Of a stretch of DNA of 64,000 nucleotides, positions 45,979 through 55,409 are shown in pieces; within the stretch, counting starts at the first letter, position 1; each line of letters starts with the position of its first letter. The stretch lies in contig DYIF01000004.1 in the NCBI GenBank assembly GCA_020723765.1, forward strand, positions 10,199-74,198. Reading direction: 5' to 3'. The DNA is from Elusimicrobium minutum (GTDB taxonomy: Bacteria; Elusimicrobiota; Elusimicrobia; Elusimicrobiales; UBA9959). The notes beneath the pieces were generated by a model. The model did not search any database. It saw nothing but the letters and a program-made list of their open reading frames with translations, and had not been told where the DNA came from. Both the position numbers and the translations under genes were made by a program.

Positions 45979-48900
45979 TTAATTTAATCTGCTTATTATT
46001 TTATCCAGCTTCGACGCGAAATTATTATCCGACATTAAATCCGTTTTAAGCTTTATTAAAGCGTCGGTTTTAATATCTTTAACGTAATTTGTTATTTCAT
46101 AAGGAGAAAGCCTCGATATGTCCGATAATCCGAATATCGCGTACTTATCTACGTTCTCTTTCTCCTTTTTATCCAGCAAATCTCTTCTTTCAAGCTCTTT
46201 TGTTACGGCCAGAAGTATCTCGCTTTTTGCGGTTTTGGCCGAAGGCATATTCGGGTAATATTTTATTCCAGCGGATTGCACAAAGTCGTCGGCGTTATCC
46301 GCTTTTTCATAATTTCTCATCACCACCATAACTTTATCGGCATAATCGTTTAATCCGGAAAAGCCGTCAAACAAAGACTTAAACGACTCGTCCGAACTCC
46401 TTTCTTTGGTAAATTTAGCCTGATATAAAAGGGAAGCCGCATATTGTTCTCTCGTCTGAGAAGAATAACCCGATCCCAATTTGGAAGATATGCCAATCGA
46501 CGCCATTTCTCTCACTATTATGGGAGAAACATAACTTAAAAGTTCGGATTTAGCTTTATCGTTTTTTATAAGATCGTCGCTTGAGTATCCTTTAATTCTC
46601 AAAAACTGCTCCACCAAACCGGCGTCTATTATTATTTTTCCGTTTTGATTCTTACTCTCTACTCCTTCCAGATACTCGAAAGATATGGAAGGTTTTTTGT
46701 TCCCGTAAACCTCCGAATATAAAGCTTTTCCGGTTTGAGATTTTGAAACCTCGGATTTAGCGTTAGACGAAACATAAGCGGAGATAACGGTTCGTTTGGA
46801 CTGATCCAGAACCTCGTTTGTAAAAGAAGATCTATTGGCGTTTATGGCGTTAACATAAGGAGCAACTTCCGAATCGGTTCTTATCCCGCCTCTGTCGAAA
46901 AGATTTGAAAGTATATACATCTGTTCGGAAAGAGGTTTCGCTTTAATCGCGTTAAGCTCCTCGGCGTTTAAAACTTTCAAATCTATCATCCTTTGACCAA
47001 CTTTATCTACGGCTAAGCTTAGCTCTTCGTGTTTTTGGGTTTGCAAAGATCTCGTATCGCTTAAAGATATCAAAGCGCTTTGAGTGGTTCCCGATTTTAT
47101 CTCGTCTTTTATAATTCTATCCAGTGCGGCGTTTCTTTCTTTTATACTCATATTGGACCAGGAGGCGGAAGAAAATTGAACAAACCCCACCTGAGCCCAC
47201 TGGGTAAACTGAACCGGGTCGGTAAAAATTTTATCCCATTTCCTTATGGCAAGTTCCGCATTGGATATGTTTAGGGGTTGATATTTTGAGGTTCTGGACA
47301 TCCACTCGGTAAGCCTCTCCGGAGGAATACATATCCCCAATTCGCATATAAGCCTCGATTTGTCTAAATTGGCTTCGAGCGTTTTACTTAGAGAATTTAA
47401 ATCTTTAGGCTCGTAGTTTCTTGAAATTATTTTATCAAGTTCGATTATTTCGTTTGCGTAGGACAAAAGCTTTGCGGTTTTAGCGGAATCTATTTTTAAA
47501 AATTCTTTTTTTAGTTCCGCGTTTTCTACAAGTTTTTGAGAGTAAACCAGACTGATATTGGACGATATCTCAACCTCGAATTCTTTAAGTTTATCTTCGT
47601 AATTCTTTCTTTTTTCTTTATCCGGGAAAACGGTTTCTATTATGTCTTTTGTTTTCTCGGATATGGTTTTAGCCATATCTTTAATGCCGTCTTTTGTTTT
47701 GGAAATGGCCGTTTTTAATAAACCGCCTTCCTCTACGGCTTGTTTCTTATCGTAAATCTTTTCTTCGCTTTGTTCTTTGGATTTTCCGGTAAGAGTTTCA
47801 ATGGTCGGTTTCAACGTTTTATTGGAGGTATAAGTAGTGGAATAGACGGAAGGTTTTGCCGATATGGTTTCGCTTATTTTTACAATCCCCGCTCCGCCGT
47901 CTATCCTTCCCATGGAAGACACGGAAGCTTTGGGAATAGTAGTATTTGAATTATAAAAAGAGCCTGAGTTTTTTTGAGGAGAATTTAATTTAGCCGTAGC
48001 CTTGGTTTCGGACGACAAAGATTCGTCGGCTTTCGATTCCTCCTCGCTCGCTATTTCTTCATCCCCGCCCTCGTCCGAAGAAACGGTGTCGTCAAAGGCT
48101 CTATCCGATATGTTTTCCTTGGAAAGCATTTTCTTAACAAATTGACTCCATAGGCTGATCTTTGAAAACCTCAAAGCTTCGTATCTTTTGGAATCGTATC
48201 TTAAAAGAGGCAGATAAATCGCAAGCCCGTAAGTAGAGTCTTTATAAGAAAGACCTTTTGCATTTTGATAATCTCCTCCTTTATGAGATAATATAAGTTC
48301 TTTGGTAACATAGTTTATAAGACGGTCCGTAAGATCCTTTAATCTTTCGTCTTTCATCTCGGATTTAGCTTTAATAAGATAGCTTACCAGATCGGCGGTT
48401 CTGGTCATAACTCCTTCGGATTCGGTGGTAATCGAGGGAGCCCCCATCTGGACGGTTTCGTTCTGAACCCCTCCCAAAAAGAAAAACGCGTTTTCCGTAA
48501 CCTTTTTGTCGGTTATCTTTTTAAAATCTTCGCTTCTAATAGCCTGGGATATCCATCTGTTAAAAATATCTAAAAATCCTGAAAATTTAGAAGTATCTAC
48601 GGCGCTTAAAGTCGTAGATTTATCGTCGTATCTTCCAAACATCGTAATTCTTTGTGAGTCGTAAGCTTTATGATAAACGTCTACCGTGCAAGCGCTTACT
48701 TTTTTAGGGTCGGAAGAAGAATTAAGGCACCCCAAAAGATCGTCATACGGAAAACCGCCGCCCGGTATCGCTTCCTCGCTTGCGACTACATATTTGGCGT
48801 AATCTTTTATTTCAGCAACTACCTCCGCCATTTGCATTAAACAGGCGTCCATGGCAAATATGTCTATTTTCTTGCCGTAAGATTTGACTATATCGCTTAA

Positions 48901-49503
48901 AGCCGACTTTAACTGAGGAACGGTTATGGAATTTCCGCTTACATCGTCGTAAGCTATTCCGAAGTAACCGTTACCGTGATTCCATATTATAATCATTACT
49001 TTATCCGGGTTAAATCTTTTTATCGCCTTTTTGGCGGATCTGGCAAAATGAATATAACTTCCCATATCTCCGTCGGGAGTCTGGTCTATTATTTTCGAAA
49101 CTATTTCTCTGTTATTGGGCCTGTCTTTAGTTATAAAATAAGTAACGGCTCCGTTCGAAAAACCAAGAGTTCTCCCCGGCTTACCCTCTATCCTATTATG
49201 CTCGGCGACAACGGCTACCTTATCGGTAGAGCCCACCGTTTCCATCTCGTTTATATCGTTTACTGAAAGATTTAAAATACCCAAATCGTTTACTCCGTTT
49301 ATAAAGACAAAAACAAGCCATTCATATTTGTCTTTAATGACGCCGTCCTGAGTTCTGTCTATCGCGGCTCCGACCGACGACGGCGGGGCGGTAGTAGTAG
49401 ATTTTAAAAGCTCTTCATAACCGCTTAAAAGATCGGCTTCTTGAGATTTAAGCGGAATAGAAAATATTACAAAAACGGTTAAAATTTTAATTATTTTTTT
49501 CAT
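45979..49503 (-). CDS. giant secreted clostripain-like (C11) peptidase with ~700-aa C-terminal extension
   Basis: Signal peptide MKKIIKILTVFVIFSIPLKS. IIIWNHGNGYFG and MDACLMQMAEVV catalytic blocks, paralogous to 25994..27433. An acidic low-complexity linker (DEGGDEEIASEEESKADES) is followed by an unassigned helical region. Confidence 0.8.
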   Translation of the reverse strand: MKKIIKILTVFVIFSIPLKSQEADLLSGYEELLKSTTTAPPSSVGAAIDRTQDGVIKDKYEWLVFVFINGVNDLGILNLSVNDINEMETVGSTDKVAVVAEHNRIEGKPGRTLGFSNGAVTYFITKDRPNNREIVSKIIDQTPDGDMGSYIHFARSAKKAIKRFNPDKVMIIIWNHGNGYFGIAYDDVSGNSITVPQLKSALSDIVKSYGKKIDIFAMDACLMQMAEVVAEIKDYAKYVVASEEAIPGGGFPYDDLLGCLNSSSDPKKVSACTVDVYHKAYDSQRITMFGRYDDKSTTLSAVDTSKFSGFLDIFNRWISQAIRSEDFKKITDKKVTENAFFFLGGVQNETVQMGAPSITTESEGVMTRTADLVSYLIKAKSEMKDERLKDLTDRLINYVTKELILSHKGGDYQNAKGLSYKDSTYGLAIYLPLLRYDSKRYEALRFSKISLWSQFVKKMLSKENISDRAFDDTVSSDEGGDEEIASEEESKADESLSSETKATAKLNSPQKNSGSFYNSNTTIPKASVSSMGRIDGGAGIVKISETISAKPSVYSTTYTSNKTLKPTIETLTGKSKEQSEEKIYDKKQAVEEGGLLKTAISKTKDGIKDMAKTISEKTKDIIETVFPDKEKRKNYEDKLKEFEVEISSNISLVYSQKLVENAELKKEFLKIDSAKTAKLLSYANEIIELDKIISRNYEPKDLNSLSKTLEANLDKSRLICELGICIPPERLTEWMSRTSKYQPLNISNAELAIRKWDKIFTDPVQFTQWAQVGFVQFSSASWSNMSIKERNAALDRIIKDEIKSGTTQSALISLSDTRSLQTQKHEELSLAVDKVGQRMIDLKVLNAEELNAIKAKPLSEQMYILSNLFDRGGIRTDSEVAPYVNAINANRSSFTNEVLDQSKRTVISAYVSSNAKSEVSKSQTGKALYSEVYGNKKPSISFEYLEGVESKNQNGKIIIDAGLVEQFLRIKGYSSDDLIKNDKAKSELLSYVSPIIVREMASIGISSKLGSGYSSQTREQYAASLLYQAKFTKERSSDESFKSLFDGFSGLNDYADKVMVVMRNYEKADNADDFVQSAGIKYYPNMPSAKTAKSEILLAVTKELERRDLLDKKEKENVDKYAIFGLSDISRLSPYEITNYVKDIKTDALIKLKTDLMSDNNFASKLDKIISRLN

Positions 49504-49802
49504 AACTACCTCTTAGTTATTTTATAATATTAAAAAGCCGAAAAAACAAGCTTTTGAGGTCCTAAAAGTCAATAGGCCTAAAGCCCCAGTCTTTAGCAAA
49601 AACAGTATTCCATTTTTGTTTTATGTCTTTTATTTTCTTGAAACAATAAGATAATCTATAAGCTTGGATGTGAAATGCGTTATATCTTTTTTCTTTAACT
49701 CGGAAATTCTGGTTTTTCTATATCCCCTTGTTTTCCTCTGTTTTTTATTTACCCCTTTCATAACCAAACCCCCGACCATACCTATATAATCAGCGCTAAT
49801 AA

Positions 49803-49982
49803 TCATAATTTTTTCCCCCTCTGTTCCTCCTTTTTATTAACTCCTCCTTCCCTTAGATATTTTATAAGTTTATCGGTACAAACTATCATCCTTTCCCAAT
49901 TATTTTCTTTTTTAGATTCCTTTTCGTATTTATTGATTTTAGATATGGTTCTGTTCTTTCTAACCTCTTCTTTCTTTTCCAT
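49803..49982 (-). CDS. small lysine-rich hypothetical protein (59 aa)
   Basis: ORF 49803..50039 trimmed to MEKKEEVRKNRTISK..., preceded by the purine-rich GTAGGGGGGGAT. Sits in a gene-poor region and coding status is uncertain. Confidence 0.35.
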   Translation of the reverse strand: MEKKEEVRKNRTISKINKYEKESKKENNWERMIVCTDKLIKYLREGGVNKKEEQRGKKL

Positions 49983-50340
49983 ATCCCCCCCTACGTCCAA
50001 ATATATTTTAACAGACTTTCGGAAAATTTGTCCTGACATATGTCATAAAAAATAAAGTATGAAACAAAAGTAACTTTTATGAAAATTTATTTTTTGTAAA
50101 CAAGATTTTTTAACCTAAATCAAAGGCATGCGGAAGGAAGGGGCACATCCTTCCACACACCTTACCCCTAAACCGGGCCTCCTCACCGCACTCCGTCCCC
50201 CTATTTTTAATTGGTCGCAATTATATTTAGCAATTTTTATGCCATATATTTTAAAACATTCTTCATAGTAAGATTGTTTTTTAAAGCATATAAATATTTT
50301 CAAATGAAAATACTTATTTTCAAATGAAAATGTTTAAAGC

Positions 50341-50410
50341 TCAATGTCATAAGATAGAGAATAGAGAGGAGGGGATAGGGATATAAGTTGTAAGTCTAAA
50401 GTCTAATGTT
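50341..50410 (-). repeat. polypurine/polypyrimidine-core module, copy 3 (inverted relative to 37933-38114)
   Basis: Reads tcaatgtcataagatagagaatagagaggaggggatagggatataagttgtaagtctaaagtctaatgtt. Its reverse complement aligns end to end with 38037-38114. Confidence 0.85.
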
Positions 50411-50515
50411 CAAAGTTTAATGTTGAATGTTTAATGTCTAAGGTTACACGGCAGGAACGAAAAGTCGCAAGTTTTAAGTTTAATGTTAAAAGTTCAATGT
50501 TTAAAGTCTAATGAC
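50396..50515. repeat. short-word repeat array (AATGTT/AAAGTT/TCTAA words), locus 4
   Basis: Reads ctaaagtctaatgttcaaagtttaatgttgaatgtttaatgtctaagg...aagttttaagtttaatgttaaaagttcaatgtttaaagtctaatgac. Same orientation as 17551-17689. Confidence 0.75.
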
Positions 50516-50530
50516 AGATGCCCTAAAGCT

Positions 50531-51970
50531 TTAGTTTTTCTTTTCTTGAGCGTTATTCGAATCTTTCGGCATATCCGAGTAAGCCATTATATTATTTCTT
50601 CCGTGAGACTTGACCCAATAAAGAGCTTCGTCCGCTTTTAAAAGCAACTCGTCCATATTTTTTGCGTCTTCCGGATAACTGGATATGCCCATGCTTGTGG
50701 TAAGCTCTATGTTTTTATTTATGCCGAAAGAGGAAACGTCTATCTTTATTCTTTTTATTTCTTCGCTCAATCTTCTGGCAAGCCCCATGGCATGCTCCTT
50801 GGAACTTTGAGGAAGAAGTATTATTATCTCGTCTCCGCCGTAGCGGCATGGGAAATCTATTTTTCTTATGGTTTTCATTATGCTATTGGATATCTCCATC
50901 AAAACCACATCTCCGACCTGATGGCCGAAACTATCGTTTATTTCTTTAAAATAATCGACGTCTATCCAGATAACGGATAGGCTTTGATTGAATCTGGAAG
51001 CCCTGTAAAATTCTTCCTGAAATCTTTGGTTAAAATATCTTCTTATGGGAAGTTTGGTCAACTCGTCGTACATCGACATTTCCTGTATCTTTTCGAAAAG
51101 TATTATATTTTCTATCGCCAAAGCTATAAGAGAAGAAAAAGACTTCAATAGCTCTATATAATATTTTTTTATTCCTATTCTGCTTAAAAGATTATCAACC
51201 ACGAGTATCCCGACTTTTTTATAATCTATCTTAAGCGGAAGATAAACTATATGTTCCTTGATAACTATATCGTCCTCAGACATCAGTATATCGACAAGGG
51301 TTGACAACCCGCTTTTCATGGATATGGTATCGTGAGAAAGTTCGTTTATTCTTCCTGTCTTATCTATACTATAAACTCCGCAAAGCACATTTTTGGACTC
51401 GTCAATTCTATAAAGTCTTATTCTGTCAAAACCGAAGAAACTTTCAAAACCCCTCATCATAAATTTAAAACCCTCTTTCTCTCTTATGCTTTTTGCGAAA
51501 ATTTTTCCCAAAGAAGCGGCGATATTGAGGTTTCTCGAATATATTTCTTTTAAATCCTCAAAATCCACCAGATAAAAATCTTTCATCTCCCGTTCTATTA
51601 CGGATCTTGTTTTTTTTATGTCTCGAGTCGAAAACTTTTTACCGTCGAATCTTTCTATCCTGAATATAAACCTTTTTTCTCGCTCCGTAGATATCGGACT
51701 TTTAAATATATAAGGAATATATACAAAAACGCATTTTCCCTGTTTGGTTGTATATTCGGAATTTGAGTTTATCGACTCAAAAAAATCTTTTCTGTCTTTT
51801 ATCCATACATATTCGGAATGATTGGAAATCATATCGAATCTATATCTTAAAAAAGCCTTCAATATGGCGTTTGCCTCCATATACTCGAAAACGGTAATAT
51901 TTTTAACCGCGGATTCTTGGCATATTTTTATAACCACGTTTTTTATAAAATTTATATCGTTTATCCTCAT
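50531..51970 (-). CDS. GAF-domain diguanylate cyclase-type protein (GGDEI variant, RxxD I-site present)
   Basis: C-terminal GGDEF domain with RKIDFPCRYGGDEIIILL (RxxD five residues before GGDE). The central region resembles a GAF domain. No TM segments. Confidence 0.8.
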   Translation of the reverse strand: MRINDINFIKNVVIKICQESAVKNITVFEYMEANAILKAFLRYRFDMISNHSEYVWIKDRKDFFESINSNSEYTTKQGKCVFVYIPYIFKSPISTEREKRFIFRIERFDGKKFSTRDIKKTRSVIEREMKDFYLVDFEDLKEIYSRNLNIAASLGKIFAKSIREKEGFKFMMRGFESFFGFDRIRLYRIDESKNVLCGVYSIDKTGRINELSHDTISMKSGLSTLVDILMSEDDIVIKEHIVYLPLKIDYKKVGILVVDNLLSRIGIKKYYIELLKSFSSLIALAIENIILFEKIQEMSMYDELTKLPIRRYFNQRFQEEFYRASRFNQSLSVIWIDVDYFKEINDSFGHQVGDVVLMEISNSIMKTIRKIDFPCRYGGDEIIILLPQSSKEHAMGLARRLSEEIKRIKIDVSSFGINKNIELTTSMGISSYPEDAKNMDELLLKADEALYWVKSHGRNNIMAYSDMPKDSNNAQEKKN

Positions 51971-51974
51971 AACT

Positions 51975-53144
51975 TTAATAAGAAGAAATAAGATACTCCG
52001 TCAACGCTTTTATCTCCATAATTTTGTCTTTAAATTCGTTTTCGTCGTACTCGTTATTTACTATTTTTATGCAAATCTCTTTCAAAGCCTCGTCGGTCAT
52101 TCTTTCAAAACTCGGGTATACCACGTTATTCGGTATAAGCGAAGATTTTTCCATAATTTTATCAAAAAAAGAAATTTCCTTTTTTGTCAATAATTTATCC
52201 ATGTCCGATTTAAAAGGGGAAAAAGTTTTTAAAGTTTTGGAAAGCTTTAAAATATTGGATTGTTTATAAAACCAGTCCATAAAAGCTTTAATTTCATCTA
52301 TTTCGTCCGCTCCGGAAAAAAACATAAAATTAAAACTTCTGGCAAGTTCGTTTTTCCTCATTACATCGGGAAACCTTGTAACTTCCATGCCGTCCATATC
52401 GAGAAAATCTCTTCTAAAAGAAAAAGCCATGGAACTTAGCGCCTTTTTAATGAAACCTATATCGTAGAAATTCTCTTCAAAAAGCGGAATATATTTTTTC
52501 CTCGCAAGTTCTATATATTCCAAAAAAGAAAGAATAACCTCGTCTTTGTGCAGATTAAGAGCGGTATTATCCGAAGAAAAATATCCCTCGCTTCTGTTCA
52601 TAACTGAAACCAGTATGTCGTCCGAGGTTATATATCCGCTTATATTGGTATTATCCAGAGGATAGTAATCTTTTCTTTTATATTTCTTACTCAAAGACTC
52701 GCACAGGCGCAAAAAATCTTCCCATTTTAACTCGTCCATTTCGGACCTCGAAAACACTTCCAAAACCATATCCTTTCTGTAATAAAGACAAATAATTTCA
52801 AAATAAATGGGAACCGAGTACATCCTTTGGGAAAATTCAAATATCATACCTTTTTTTAAAAAAGGAAAAAAATCCATTTTTTCCGGGTCTTTCATTATCA
52901 AATCCAGAGGCAAAGCGAGCCCCAATTTGGTCATAAGAGAAGTCCATTGATGAGGTATTTCTATTATGTCCGCCGGTTTTTCTTCGGGACGCTCGAAAAA
53001 ATTGAACATGCTATTCCAGAGGTTTTCTTTGCTTTTAATTTCCATCTCGATATTTATGCCCGTTTCTCTGGAAAAATCCGAACACAAATCCCTAAAAAAA
53101 GAATATTTTGAATGATTATAATCGTTTAAAAGCCAAATCTTCAT
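51975..53144 (-). CDS. solute-binding-protein-like protein without signal peptide
   Basis: 389 aa. The N-terminus MKIWLLNDYNH...INIEMEIKSKENLWNSM...ADIIEIPHQW resembles family-1 extracellular solute-binding proteins but lacks any leader. 1 nt after tsaD and 4 nt before the GGDEF gene. Confidence 0.5.
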   Translation of the reverse strand: MKIWLLNDYNHSKYSFFRDLCSDFSRETGINIEMEIKSKENLWNSMFNFFERPEEKPADIIEIPHQWTSLMTKLGLALPLDLIMKDPEKMDFFPFLKKGMIFEFSQRMYSVPIYFEIICLYYRKDMVLEVFSRSEMDELKWEDFLRLCESLSKKYKRKDYYPLDNTNISGYITSDDILVSVMNRSEGYFSSDNTALNLHKDEVILSFLEYIELARKKYIPLFEENFYDIGFIKKALSSMAFSFRRDFLDMDGMEVTRFPDVMRKNELARSFNFMFFSGADEIDEIKAFMDWFYKQSNILKLSKTLKTFSPFKSDMDKLLTKKEISFFDKIMEKSSLIPNNVVYPSFERMTDEALKEICIKIVNNEYDENEFKDKIMEIKALTEYLISSY

Positions 53145-53145
53145 A

Positions 53146-54141
53146 TTAATTCCAATCCCTAACTTTTAAATCCGGGTCTATTTCGATATCTTGCTCCAAT
53201 TTTTTTCTCTCTATTTTTTCTACAAGAGCGGCTCCCATCATCGCTGCGTTATCCGAAGAATATTTTTTATCCGGAAAATAAATATTAAATTTAGTTTTGT
53301 CGAATTTTGTTAAAATCTCCTCTCTAAGATATCCGTTGGCGCTAACCCCTCCGCATATCGCAATATTTTTAACCTTATATTTTTTAACCGCCAAATCCAA
53401 TTTTTTGACAAGGCTTTTTACCGCCGCATCCTGAAACGCGTAACAAATATCGGCTTTATGTAAAGCGGTAATCTTTTTAAAATCTCTTACATAATAAGCG
53501 ACCTGAGTTTTTATCCCGCTAAAAGAAAAATCGAAAGAATCTTTCACTTCCGGAACCGTAAAAAACGATCTTTTTTTAACCGAAGTTTGAGCTATTTTTT
53601 CTATTATCGGACCGCCGGGATATCCAAGTCCTAAAATCTTTGCCACCTTATCGAAAGCTTCTCCGCAGGCGTCGTCTCTGGTTTTGCCTATCACCTCGTA
53701 CTTTCCCAGTTTTTTTAAATACCAAAGCTCGGTATGACCTCCGGAAACTATCAAAGCTATAAGCGGAAACCTTAGTTTTTTCTCTATTTTGTCTCCGTTT
53801 ATCTGAACCGAAAACAAATGACCTTCCAAATGATTTAAACCGACAATCTTACACTTAAAATAATCGGCCAGGACCAGGGCGGCTATTTTGCCTATAAGAA
53901 GAGAACCTTTAAGCCCGGGACCCCTGGTAAATCCTACGTAATCTATTTTTTTTATATTAAGTTTTTTTATAAGCTCGCCTATCTTTGCCCCATGATGACG
54001 ACTTGCGACCTCCGGAACCACACCGCCGTATTTCTTATGGAAATCTATCTGCGAATAAACATAATGAGAAATTATCTTCCTTCCTTTCAAAAAACAAACG
54101 CTCGTTTCGTCGCAGCTTGTTTCTATAGAAACCACATTCAT
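53146..54141 (-). CDS. tsaD: tRNA N6-adenosine threonylcarbamoyltransferase
   Basis: IETSCDETS, HHGAKI (AxxH-H metal site region), SGGHTEL and GGVSAN blocks. Confidence 0.9.
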   Translation of the reverse strand: MNVVSIETSCDETSVCFLKGRKIISHYVYSQIDFHKKYGGVVPEVASRHHGAKIGELIKKLNIKKIDYVGFTRGPGLKGSLLIGKIAALVLADYFKCKIVGLNHLEGHLFSVQINGDKIEKKLRFPLIALIVSGGHTELWYLKKLGKYEVIGKTRDDACGEAFDKVAKILGLGYPGGPIIEKIAQTSVKKRSFFTVPEVKDSFDFSFSGIKTQVAYYVRDFKKITALHKADICYAFQDAAVKSLVKKLDLAVKKYKVKNIAICGGVSANGYLREEILTKFDKTKFNIYFPDKKYSSDNAAMMGAALVEKIERKKLEQDIEIDPDLKVRDWN

Positions 54142-54152
54142 ACGTTTAATTT

Positions 54153-55400
54153 TTATTTCTTTGCTTCCGGAGTTTTTAAAATTTCCATTGCTTTATCTAA
54201 AACCTTGTCTTTTATTTCTTTTTTTTCCGTCTTGTTTTTATCGGGATAATATATTTCCTGCATATCTTCGTATAGTTTCTTTTCTTCGTCTTTTGTCAAT
54301 TTAACCTCGTAATCCGGAACAATGCCGCCTTTACCGGTTTTTGGGTCCCTTTGTATCATTAATCCGCTTGGGGTATAATATTTGGCGATGGTAAGCCTCA
54401 TAGCCGAACCGTCGGATAAAGGCATTATGGTTTGAACGCTCGCCTTGCCGAATGTATTTTCTCCGACTATAACCGCTCTTTTATTATCCTTTAACGCTCC
54501 GGCGAGTATTTCGCTTGCGGAAGCGGAGTATCTGTTTACTAAAACCGCTATCGGAATATCGGAGTATTTAGCGAAATCTCCGGCTTTATATTCGGAATAT
54601 TCTTTCTCGGTCCTTCCCTTGGTATAAACTATCATTTTATTGCCGTCCAGAAACATCTTGGCTATGTCGATGCTCGCGACCAAAAGCCCTCCGGGGTTAT
54701 ATCTCAAATCTATTATTAATTTTTTCATTCCCTTAGAATAAAGATCTTTCAAGGCTTTTTGAAAATCTTCCACCGCATGACCGCTAAACTCGATAATTCT
54801 TATAATTCCGATCTCGGAATCCACCATTTTATAATTAATCGCCTCAACTTTAATAATCGCTCTTGTCAGCTCCACATCGAATATATTCCAATCGTCTTCT
54901 TTGTTTTCAGGCTCTCTGGCTATCGTTATTTTAACCTTAGTCCCCGGTTTACCCCTGAGTTTATCCACTATTTCCTCGCTTATTTTATTTTCGGTAGATT
55001 CCCCTTCTATTTTTATTATTCTATCTCCGGGATAAATTTTAGCTTTAAAAGCCGGGGTATCGGGTATAGGTGTTACGACTATGGGCCAACCGTCTTTTAC
55101 GTCTATCCTTATGCCGACCCCGCCAAACTCCCCTTCCGTATCACTTTTTACTCTTTCGTAAGATTTTTTGGTTAAAAACTGCGAAAAAGGATCCAGAGCG
55201 TTTACCATTCCCTCTATCGCCGAATATATCAAATCTCCGTCCTGTTTTTCTTCGACGTAACCCGATTTGATCAGCTCAAACGCTTCTATAAAAACTTTTA
55301 TTTTTTCATAAGTGGAATCCACGGCGTAGTTCACATAAGGTATGGAAAAGCCGATAACCGCGACAATTAAAGAGCTAACCAATACTTTTTTTATTTTCAT
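54153..55400 (-). CDS. ctpA: carboxy-terminal processing (tail-specific) protease, S41 family
   Basis: Signal/anchor MKIKKVLVSSLIVAVIG. PDZ region GDRIIKIEG. Catalytic blocks NRYSASASEILAGALKD and TFGKASVQ. Confidence 0.9.
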   Translation of the reverse strand: MKIKKVLVSSLIVAVIGFSIPYVNYAVDSTYEKIKVFIEAFELIKSGYVEEKQDGDLIYSAIEGMVNALDPFSQFLTKKSYERVKSDTEGEFGGVGIRIDVKDGWPIVVTPIPDTPAFKAKIYPGDRIIKIEGESTENKISEEIVDKLRGKPGTKVKITIAREPENKEDDWNIFDVELTRAIIKVEAINYKMVDSEIGIIRIIEFSGHAVEDFQKALKDLYSKGMKKLIIDLRYNPGGLLVASIDIAKMFLDGNKMIVYTKGRTEKEYSEYKAGDFAKYSDIPIAVLVNRYSASASEILAGALKDNKRAVIVGENTFGKASVQTIMPLSDGSAMRLTIAKYYTPSGLMIQRDPKTGKGGIVPDYEVKLTKDEEKKLYEDMQEIYYPDKNKTEKKEIKDKVLDKAMEILKTPEAKK

Positions 55401-55409
55401 ATATTCTCC

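Noticed and set aside
50120-50200. SRP (4.5S) RNA, suggested by the CGGAAGGAAGG string
   Set aside because: The residues flanking the GGAA do not form the conserved domain IV helix (no UCC/GGA closing pairs). There is no complementary 5'/3' terminal helix on either strand.
50115-50303. 62-aa minus-strand ORF across the GC-rich island
   Set aside because: There is no RBS, the composition is driven by the GC island, and there are no motifs. It is more likely non-coding.
38548-50530. Genomic island integrated at ssrA extending to the gene-poor region
   Set aside because: No integrase, excisionase, transposase or phage genes were found. The only direct repeat of the ssrA end is 128 bp away. Gene content and composition look like the rest of the window.
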